This document shows positions 1 to 11,700 of a DNA stretch of 64,000 nt, piece by piece (position 1 is the first letter of the stretch; the number at the start of each line of letters is the position of its first letter). Where the stretch lies: positions 209,126,001 to 209,190,000 of the forward strand of contig OZ024743.1 of NCBI GenBank assembly GCA_964016885.1. Direction: 5' to 3'. The DNA comes from Eledone cirrhosa (lineage: Eukaryota). The position numbers and the translations under genes are program-made. The notes under the pieces were generated by a model. The model ran no database searches. It had not been told where the DNA came from and was given only the letters and a program-made list of their open reading frames with translations.

Positions 1-36
1 TAAGATATACCACAGTTTACCATCCTATAGCCACAC

Positions 37-89
37 ATGAAAGCTCTTCACTCCATAAGATATACCACAGTTTACCATCCTATAGCCAG
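37..89 (+). repeat. 53-bp monomer variant (CA deletion, ends ...TATAGCCAG), recurrent across the array
   Basis: GCCACAG becomes GCCAG before the next ATG. It shows up as 'YSQM' in nearly every ORF-track peptide. Confidence 0.95.
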
Positions 90-2715
90 ATGAAAGCTTT
101 TCAATACATAAGATATACCACAGTTTACCATCCTATAGCCACACATGAAAGCTCTTCATACCATAAGATATACCACAGTTTACCATCCTATAGCCAGATG
201 AAAGCTCTTCACTCCATAAGATATACCACAGTTTACCATCCTATAGCCACGCATGAAAGCTCTTCACTCCATAAGATATACCACAGTTTACCTTCCTATA
301 GCCACACATGAAATCTTTTAACTCCATAAGATATACCACAGTTTACCATCCTATAGCCACAGATGAAAGCTGTTCACTCCATAAGATATACCATAGTTTA
401 CCATCCTATAGCCACAGATGAAAGCTCTTCACTCCATAACATATACCACACTTTACCATCCTATAGCCACACATGAGCTCTTCACTCCATAAGATATACC
501 ACAGTTTACCATCCTATAGCCACACATGAAAGCTCTTCACTCCATAAGATATACCAGAGTTTACCATCCTATAGGCACAGATGAAAGCTCTTCACTCCAT
601 AAGTTATACCACAGTTTACCATCCTATAGCCACAGATGAAAGCTCTTCACTCCATAACATATACCACAGTTTACCATCCTATAGCCACACATGAGAGCTC
701 TTCACTCCATAAGATATATCTCAGTTTACCATCCTATAGCCACACATGAAAGCTCTTCACTCCATAACATATACCACAGTTTACCATCCTATAGCCAGAT
801 GAAAGCTTTTCAATCCATAAGATATACCAAAGTTTACCATCCTATAGCCACACATGAAAGCTCTTCACTCCATAAGATATAACACATTTTACCATCCTAT
901 AGCCACACGTGAAAGCTCTTCACTCCATAAGATATACCACAGTTTACCATCCTATAGCCACAGATGAAAGCTCTTCACTCCATAAGATATACCACAGTTT
1001 ACCATCCTATAGCCACAGATGAAAGCTGTTCACTCCATAAGATATACCACAGTTTACCATCCCATAGCCACAGATGAAAGCTGTTCACTCCATAAGATAT
1101 ACCACAGTTTACCATCCGATAGCCACACATGAAAGCTCTTCACTCCATAAGATATACCACAGTTTACCATCCTATAGCCAGATGAAAGTTCTTCACTCCA
1201 TAAGATATACCACAGTTTACCATCCTATAGCCACACATGAAAGCTCTTCACTCCATAAGATATACCACAGTTTACCATCCTATGGCCACAGATGAAAGCT
1301 CTTCACTCCATAAGATATACCACAGTTTACCATCATATAGCCACACATGAAAGCTCTTCACTCCATAAGATATACCACAGTTTACCATCATATAGCCACA
1401 GATGAAATCTCTTCACTCCATAAGATATAACACAGTTTACCATCCTATGGCCAGAGATGAAAGCTCTTCACTCCATAAGATATACCACAGTTTACCATCC
1501 TATAGCCACACATGAAAGCTGTTCACTCCATAAGATATACCACAGTTTACCATCCTATAGCCATAGATGAAAGCTCTTCACTCCATAAGATATACGACAG
1601 TTTACCATCCTATAGCCAGATGAAAGCTCTTAAATCCATAAGATATACCACAGTTTACCATTCTATAGACACAGATGAAAGCTCTTCACTCCATAAGATA
1701 TACCACAGTTTACTATCCTATAGCCAGAAGAAAGGTTTTCACTCCATAAGATATACCACAGTTTACCATCCTATGCCCACAGATGAAAGCTCTTCACTCC
1801 ATAAGAAATACCACAGTTTACCATCCTATAGCCACACATGAAAGCTCTTCACTCCATAAGATATACCACCGTTTACCATCCTATGGCCACAGATGAAAGC
1901 TCTTCACTCCATAAGATATACCACAGTTTACCACCCTATGGCCACAGATGAAAGCTCTTCACTCCATAAGATATACGAAAGTTTACCATCCTATAACCAC
2001 ACCACGGATGAAAGCTCTTCACTCCATAAGATATACCACAGTTTACCATCCTATAGCCACAGATGAAAGCTCTTCACTCTATAAGATATACCACAGTTTA
2101 CCATCTTATAGTCACACATGAAAGCTCTTCACTCCATAAGATATACCACAGTTTACCATCCTATAGCCAGATGAAAGCTCTTCACTCCATAAGAAATACC
2201 ACAGTTTACCATCCTATAGCCACAGATGAAAGCTCTTCACTCCATAAGATATACCACAGTTTACCATCCTATAGCCACAGATGAAAGCTATTCACTCCAT
2301 AAGATATACCACATTTTACCATCCTATAGCCGCACATGAAAGTTCTTCACTCCATAATATATACCACAGTTTACCATCCTATAGCCACACATGGAAGCTC
2401 TTCACTCCATAAGATATACCACAGTTTACCATCCTATAGGCTCAGATGAAAGCTCTTCACTCCATAAGATATACCACAGTTTACCATCCTATAGCCACAG
2501 ATGAAAGCTCTTCACTCCATAACATATACCACACTTTACCATCCTATAGCCACACATGAGCTCTTCACTCCATAAGATATACCACAGTTTACCATCCTAT
2601 AGCCACACATGAAAGCTCTTCACTCCATAAGATATACCACAGTTTACCATCCTATAGCCAGATGAAAGCTTTCAATCCATAAGATATACCACAGTTTACC
2701 ATCCTATAGCCACAC

Positions 2716-2770
2716 ATGAAAGCTCTTCACTCCATAAGATATACCACAGTTTACCATCCTATAGCCACAC
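2716..2770 (+). repeat. Reference 55-bp consensus monomer (C-ending type; a G-ending example is 964-1018)
   Basis: Direct reading. Composition is A19 C17 G5 T14, with no CpG. It contains GCTCTTC (SapI/BspQI), AGCT (AluI) and CTATAG. Confidence 0.97.
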
Positions 2771-3699
2771 ATGAAAACTCTTCACTCCATAAGATATACC
2801 ACAGTTTACCATCCTATGGACAGAGATGAAAGCTCTTCACTCCATAAGATATACCACAGTTTACCATCCTATAGCCACACATGAAAGCTCTTCACTCCAT
2901 AAGATATACCACAGTTTACCATCCTATGGCCACAGATGAAAGCTCTTCACTCCATCAGATATAACACAGTTTACCACCCTATAGCCACACATGGAAGATC
3001 TTCACTCCATAAGATATACCACAGTTTACCATCCGATAGCCACACATGAAAGCTCTTCATTCCATAAGATATACCACAGTTTACCATCCTATAGCCCGAT
3101 GAAAGTTCTTCACTCCATAAGATATACCACAGTATACCATCCTATAGCCACATATGAAAGCTCTTCACTCCATAAGATATACCACAGTTTACCATTCTAT
3201 AGCCACAGATGAAAGCTCTTCACACCATAAGATATACCACAGTTTACCATCCTATAGCCAGATGAAAGCTCTTCACTCCATAAGATATACCACAGTTTAC
3301 CATCCTATAGCCACGCATGAAAGCTCTTCACTCCATAAGATATACCACAGTTTACCTTCCTATAGCCACAGATGAAAGCTGTTCACTCCATAAGATATAC
3401 CACAGTTTACCATCCGATAGCCACAGATGAAAGCTGTTCACTCCATAAGATATACCACAGTTTACCATCCTATAGCCAGATGAAAGCTTTTCAATCCATA
3501 AGATATACCACAGTTTACCATCCTATAGCCACACATGAAAGCTCTTCACTCCATAAGATATACCACATTTTACCATCCTATAGCCACACGTGAAAGCTCT
3601 TCACTCCATAAGATATACCACAGTTTACCATCCTATAGCCACACATGAAAGCTCTTCACTCCATAAGATATACCACAGTTTACCATCCTATGGCCACAG

Positions 3700-3759
3700 A
3701 TGAAAGCTCTTCACTCCATAAGATATACCACAGTTTACCATCCTATAACCACACCACGG
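3700..3759 (+). repeat. 60-bp monomer variant (5-bp insertion, ends ...CCACACCACGG or ...CCACGCCACGG)
   Basis: Seen near 1996, 3750, 5287, 6711, 7261, 7483, 8692, 15983, 16423, 16646, 17797, 51815, 53021, 58881, 60305 and 61895. Confidence 0.92.
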
Positions 3760-6700
3760 ATGAAAGCTCTTCACTCCATAAGATATACCACAGTTTACCA
3801 TCCTATAACCAGATGAAAGTTCTTCACTCCATAAGATATACCACAGTTTACCATCCTATAGCCACACATGAAAGCTCTTCACTCCATAAGATATACCACA
3901 GTTTACCATCCTATGGCCACAGATGAAAGCTCTTCACTCCATAAGATATACCACAGTTTACCATCCTATAGCCACACATGAAAGCTCTTCACTCCATGAG
4001 ATATACCACAGTTTACCATCATATAGCCACAGATGAAATCTCTTCACTCCATAAGATATACCACAGTTTACCATCCTATAGCCACACATCAAAGCTCTTC
4101 ACTCCATAAGATATACCACAGTTTACCATCCTAGAGCCACACATGAAAGCTCTTCACTCCATAACATATACCACAGTTTACCATCATATAGCCACAGATG
4201 AAATCTCTTCACTCCATAAGATATACCACAGTTTACCATCCTATAGCCACAGATGAAAGCTCTTCACTCCATAAGATATACCACAGTTTACCATCCTATA
4301 GCCACAGATGAAAGCTGTTCACTCCATAAGATATACCACAGTTTACCATCCGATAGCCACAGATGAAAGCTGTTCACTCCATAAGATATACCACAGTTTA
4401 CCATCCGATAGCCACACATGAAAGCTCTTCACTCCATAAGATATACCACAGTTTACCATCCTATAGCCAGATGAAAGTTCTTCACTCCATAAGATATACC
4501 ACAGTTTACCATCCTATAGCCACACATGAAAGCTCTTCACTCCATAAGATATACCACAGTTTACCATCCTATGGCCACAGATGAAAGCTCTTCACTCCAT
4601 AAGATATACCACAGTTTACCATCCTATAGCCACACATGAAAGCTCTTCACTCCATAAGATATACCACAGTTTACCATCATATAGCCACAGATGAAATCTC
4701 TTCACTCCATAAGATATAACACAGTTTACCATCCTATGGCCAGAGATGAAAGCTCTTCACTCCATAAGATATACCACAGTTTACCATCCTATAGCCACAC
4801 ATGAAAGCTGTTCACTCCATAAGATATACCACAGTTTACCATCCTATAGCCATAGATGAAAGCTCTTCACTCCATAAGATATACCACAGTTTACCATCCT
4901 ATAGCCACACATGAAAGCTCTTCACTCCATAAGATATACCACAGTTTACCATTCTATAGACACAGATGAAAGCTCTTCACTCCATAAGATATACCACAGT
5001 TTACTATCCTATAGCCAGATGAAAGCTTTTCACTCCATAAGATATACCACAGTTTACCATCCTATGCCCACAGATGAAAGCTCTTCACTCCATAAGAAAT
5101 ACCACAGTTTACCATCCTATAGCCACACATGAAAGCTCTTCACTCCATAAGATATACCACCGTTTACCATCCTATGGCCACAGATGAAAGCTCTTCACTC
5201 CATAAGATATACCACAGTTTACCACCCTATGGCCACAGATGAAAGCTCTTCACTCCATAAGATATACAAAAGTTTACCATCCTATAACCACACCACGGAT
5301 GAAAGCTCTTCACTCCATAAGATATACCACAGTTTACCATCCTATAGCCACAGATGAAAGCTCTTCACTCTATAAGATATACCACAGTTTACCATCTTAT
5401 AGTCACACATGAAAGCTCTTCACTCCATAAGATATACCACAGTTTACCATCCTATAGCCAGATGAAAGCTCTTCACTCCATAAGAAATACCACAGTTTAC
5501 CATCCTATAGCCACAGATGAAAGCTCTTCACTCCATAAGATATACCACAGTTTACCATCCTATAGCCACAGATGAAAGCTCTTCACTCCATAAGATATAC
5601 CACAGTTTACCATCCTATAGCCACACATGGAAGCTCTTCACTCCATAAGATATACCACAGTTTACCATCCTATAGGCTCAGAAGAAAGCTCTTCACTCCA
5701 TAAGATATACCACAGTTTAACATCCTATAGCCACAGATGAAAGCTCTTCACTCCACAACATATACCACACTTTACCATCCTATAGCCACACATGAGCTCT
5801 TCACTCCATAAGATATACCACAGTTTACCATCCTATAGCCACACATGAAAGCTCTTCACTCCATAAGATATACCACAGTTTACCATCCTATAGCCAGATG
5901 AAAGCTTTTCAATCCATAAGATATACCACAGTTTACCATCCTATAGCCACACATGAAAGCTCTTCACTCCATAAGATATACCACAGTTTACCATCCTATA
6001 GCCACACATGAAAACTCTTCACTCCATAAGATATACCACAGTTTACCATCCTATGGACAGAGATGAAAGCTCTTCACTCCATAAGATATACCACAGTTTA
6101 CCATCCTATAGCCACACATGGAAGCTCTTCACTCCATAAGATATACCACAGTTTACCATCCGATAGCCACACATGAAAGCTCTTCACTCCATAAGATATA
6201 CCACAGTTTACCATCCTATAGCCAGATGAAAGTTCTTCACTCCATAAGATATACCACAGTATACCATCCTATAGCCACATATGAAAGCTCTTCACTCCAT
6301 AAGATATACCACAGTTTACCATCCTATAGCCACAGATGAAAGCTCTTCACACCATAAGATATACCACAGTTTACCATCCTATAGCCAGATGAAAGCTCTT
6401 CACTCCATAAGATATACCACGGTTTACCATCCTATAGCCACGCATGAAATCTCTTCACTCCATAAGATATACCACAGTTTACCTTCCTAAAGCCACACAT
6501 GAAATCTTTTCACTCCATAAGATATACCAGAGTTTACCATCCTATAGCCACAGATGAAAGCTCTTCACTCCATAAGATATACCACAGTTTACCATCCTAT
6601 AGCCAGATGAAAGCTCTTCACTCCATAAGATATACCACAGTTTACCACCCTATGGCCACAGATGAAAGCTCTTCACTCCATAAATTATACCACAGTTTAC

Positions 6701-8757
6701 CATCCTATAGCCACGCCACGGATGAAAGCTCTTCACTCCATAAGATATACCACAGTTTACCATCCTATAGCCACAGATGAAAGCTGTTCACTCCATAAGA
6801 TATACCACAGTTTACCATCCTATAGCCAGATGAAAGCTCTTCACTCCATAAGATATACAACAGTTTACCATCATATAGCCACACATGAGAGCTCTTCACT
6901 CCATAAGATATACCTCAGTTTACCATCCTATAGCCACACATGAAAGCTCTTCACTCCATAAGATATACCACAGTTTACCATCCTATAGCCAGATGAAAGC
7001 TTTTCAATCCATAAGATATACCACAGTTTACCATCCTATAGCCACACATGAAAGCTCTTCACTCCATAAGATATACCACATTTTACCATCCTATAGCCAC
7101 ACGTGAAAGCTCTTCACTCCATAAGATATACCACAGTTTACCATCCTATAGCCACACATGAAACCTCTTTACTCCATAAGATATACCACAGTTTACCATC
7201 CTATGGCCACAGATGAAAGCTCTTCACTCCATAAGATATACCACAGTTTACCATCCTATAACCACACCACGGATGAAAGCTCTTCACTCCATAAGATATA
7301 CCACAGTTTACCATCCTATAACCAGATGAAAGTTCTTCACTCCATAAGATATACCACAGTTTACCATCCTATAGCCACACATGAAAGCTCTTCACTCCAT
7401 AAGATATACCACAGTTTACCATCCTATGGCCACAGATGAAAGCTCTTCACTCCATAAGATATACCACAGTTTACCATCCTATAACCACACCACGGATGAA
7501 AGCTCTTCACTCCATAAGATATACCACAGTTTACCATCCTATTGCCAGAGATGAAAGCTCTTCACTCTATAAGATATACCACAGATTACCATCTTATAGT
7601 CACACATGAAAGCTCTTCACTCCATAAGATATACCACAGTTTACCATCCTATAGCCAGATGAAAGCTCTTCACTCCATAAGATATACTACAGTTTACCAT
7701 CCTATAGCCACAGATGATAGCTCTTCACTCCATAAGATAAACCACAGTTTACCATCCTATAGCCACAGATGAAAGCTCTTCACTCCATAAGGTATACCAG
7801 AGTTTAACATCCTATAGCCACAGATGAAAGCTGTTCAATCCATAAGATATACCACATTTTACCATCCTATAGCCACACATGAAAGTTCTTCACTCCATAA
7901 GATATACCACAGTTTACCATCCTATAGCCACACATGGAAGCTCTTCACTCCATAAGATATACCACAGTTTACCATCCTATAGCCACACATGAAAGCTCTT
8001 CACTCCATAAGATATACCACAGTTTACCATCCTATAGCCAGATGAAAGCTCTTCACTCCATAAGATATATCACAGTTTACCATCCTATAGCCATGCATGA
8101 AAGCTCTTCACTCCATAAGATATACCACAGTTTACCATCCTATAGCCACACATGAAAGCTCTTCACTCCATAAGATATACCACAGTTTACCATCCTATAG
8201 CCACAGATGAAAGCTCTTCACTCCATAAGATATACCACAGTTTACCATCCTATAGCTACAGATGAAAGCTGTTCACTCCATAAGATATACCACAGTTTAC
8301 CATCCGATAGCCACACATGAAAGCTCTTCACTCCATAAGATATACCACCGTTTACCATCCTATAGCCAGATGAAAGTTCTTCACTCCATAAGATATACCA
8401 CAGTTTACCATCCTATAGCCACACATGACAGCTCTTCACTCCATAAGATATACCACAGTTTACCATCCTATGGCCACAGATGAAAGCTCTTCACTCCATA
8501 AGATATACCACAGTTTACCATCCTATAGCCACACATGAAAGCTCTTCACTCCATAAGATATACCACAGTTTACTATCATATAGCCACAGATGAAATCTCT
8601 TCACTCCATAAGATATAACACAGTTTACCATCCTATGGCCACAGATGAAAGCTCTTCACTCCATAAGATATACCACAGTTTACCATCCTATAACCACACC
8701 ACGGATGAAAGCTCTTCACTCCATAAGATATACCACAGTTTACCATCCTATAGCCAG

Positions 8758-11700
8758 ATGAAAGCTCTTAAATCCATAAGATATACCACAGTTTACCATC
8801 CTATAGCCACACATGAAAGCTCTTCACTCCATAAGATATACCACAGTTTACCATCATATAGCCAGATGAAAGCTCTTAAATCCATAAGATATACCACAGT
8901 TTACCATCCTATAGCCATAGATGAAAGCTCTTCACTCCATAATATATACGACAGTTTACCATCCTATAGCCAGATGAAAGCTCTTAAATCCATAAGATAT
9001 ACCACAGTTTACCATCCTATAGCTACACATGAAAGCTCTTCACTCCATAAGATATACCACAGTTTACCATCATATAGCCACACATGAAAGCTCTTCACTC
9101 CATAAGATATACCACAGTTTACCATCCTATAGCCACACATGAAAGCTCTTTACTCCATAAGATATACCACAGTTTACCATCCTATGGCCACAGATGAAAG
9201 CTCTTCACTCCATAAGATATACCACAGTTTACCATCCTATAGCCACACGTGAAAGTTCTTCACCCCATAAGATATACCACAGTTTACCATCCTATAGCCA
9301 CAGATGAAAGTTCTTTACTCCATAAGATATACCACAGTTTACCATCCTATGGCCAGAGATGAAAGCTGTTCACTTCATAAGATATACCACAGTTTACCAT
9401 CCTATAGCCACACATGAAAGCTCTTCACTCCATAAGATATACCACAGTTTACCATCATATAGCCACAGATGAAATCTCTTCACTCCATAAGATATAGCAC
9501 AGTTTACAATCCTATGGCCAGAGATGAAAGCTCTTCACTCCATAAGATATACCACAGTTTACCAACCTATAGCCACACATGAAAGCTGTTCACTCCATAA
9601 GATATACCACAGTTTACCATCCTATAGCCACACATGAAAGCTCTTCACTCCATAAGATATACCACAGTTTACCATCCTATAGCCACACATGGAAGCTCTT
9701 CACTCCATAAGATATACCACAGTTTACCATCCTATAGCCACACATGAAAGCTCTTCACTCCATAAGATATACAACAGTTTACCATCATATAGCCACACAT
9801 GAAAGCTCTTCACTCCATAAGATATACCACACTTTACCATCCTATAGCCACAGATGAAAGCTCTTCACTCCATAAGATATACCACAGTTTACCATCCTAT
9901 AGCCAGATGAAAGCTTTTCACTCCATAAGTTATACCACAGTTTAACATCCTATGCCCACAGATGAAAGCTCTTCACTCCATAAGATAGACCACAGTTTAC
10001 CATCCTATAGCCACACATGAAAGCTCTTCACTCCATAAGATATATCACAGTTTACCATCCTATAGCCACACATGAAAGCTCTTCACTCCATAAGATATAC
10101 CACAGTTTACCATCCTATAGCCACGCATGAAAGCTCTTCACTCCATAAGATATACCACATTTTACCATCCTATAGACACGCATGAAAGCTCTTCACTCCA
10201 TAACATATACCACAGTTTACCATCCTATAGCCACAGATGAAAGCTCTTCACTCCATAAGATATACCACAGTTTACCATCCTATAGCCACAGATGAAAGCT
10301 CTTCACTCCATAACATATGCCACAGTTTACCATCCTATTGCCACACATGAGAGCTCTTCACTCCATAAGATATACCACAGTTTACCATCCTATAGCCACA
10401 CATGAAAGCTCTTCACTCCATAAGATATACCACAGTTTACCATCCTATAGCCACAGATGAAAGCTCTTCACTCCATAAGATATACCACAGTTTACCATCC
10501 GATAGCCACGCATGAAAGTTCTTCATTCCATAACATATACCACAGTTTACCATCCTATAGCCACACATGAGAGCTCTTTACTCCATAAGATATACCACAG
10601 TTTACCATCCTATGGCCACAGATGAAAGCTCTTCACTCCATAAGATATACCACAGTTTACCATCCTATAGCCACACGTGAAAGTTCTTCACCCCATAAGA
10701 TATACCACAGTTTACCATCCTATAGCCACAGATGAAAGTTCTTTACTCCATAAGATATACCACAGTTTACCATCCTATGGCCAGAGATGAAAGCTGTTCA
10801 CTTCATAAGATATACCACAGTTTACCATCCTATAGCCACACATGAAAGCTCTTCACTCCATAAGATATACCACAGTTTACCATCATATAGCCACAGATGA
10901 AATCTCTTCACTCCATAAGATATAGCACAGTTTACAATCCTATGGCCAGAGATGAAAGCTCTTCACTCCATAAGATATACCACAGTTTACCAACCTATAG
11001 CCACACATGAAAGCTGTTCACTCCATAAGATATACCACAGTTTACCATCCTATAGCCACACATGAAAACTCTTCACTCCATAAGATATACCACAGTTTAC
11101 CATCCTATAGCCACACATGGAAGCTCTTCACTCCATAAGATATACCACAGTTTACCATCCTATAGCCACACATGAAAGCTCTTCACTCCATAAGATATAC
11201 CACAGTTTACCATCATATAGCCACACATGAAAGCTCTTCACTCCATAAGATATACCACACTTTACCATCCTATAGCCACAGATGAAAGCTCTTAAATCCA
11301 TAAGATATACCACAGTTTACCATCCTATAGCCACACATGAAAGCTCTTCACTCCATAAGATATACCACAGTTTACCATCATATAGCCAGATGAAAGCTCT
11401 TAAATCCATAAGATATACCACAGTTTACCATCCTATAGCCATAGATGAAAGCTCTTCACTCCATAATATATACGACAGTTTACCATCCTATAGCCAGATG
11501 AAAGCTCTTAAATCCATAAGATATACCACAGTTTACCATCCTATAGCTACACATGAAAGCTCTTCACTCCATAAGATATACCACAGTTTACCATCATATA
11601 GCCACACATGAAAGCTCTTCACTCCATAAGATATACCACAGTTTACCATCCTATAGCCACACATGAAAGCTCTTTACTCCATAAGATATACCACAGTTTA

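Larger units (their letters stand above)
960..6500. repeat. Higher-order duplication, ~3.1-3.3 kb period
   Basis: Identical ORF peptides at 1074/4363 (offset 3289) and 2063/5354 (3291), and near-identical ones at 2991/6118 and 3154/6281 (3127). Shared markers include ATAAGAAATACC and CATTCTATAGACACAG. Confidence 0.85.

Noticed and set aside
961-1030. Hammerhead ribozyme satellite or retrozyme (CAGATGA and GAAA resemble the CUGAUGA...GAAA core)
   Set aside because: The essential CUGA is CAGA here, GAAA overlaps the motif instead of following stem II, and no stems I-III are evident. The minus strand has GUGAAGA but no GAAA.
1182-1195. Heat-shock element-like GAAnnTTC in GAAAGTTC variants; forkhead-like GTAAAC and GATA-like AGATA
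   Set aside because: Only partial matches (two nGAAn units, non-consensus flanks), as expected by chance.
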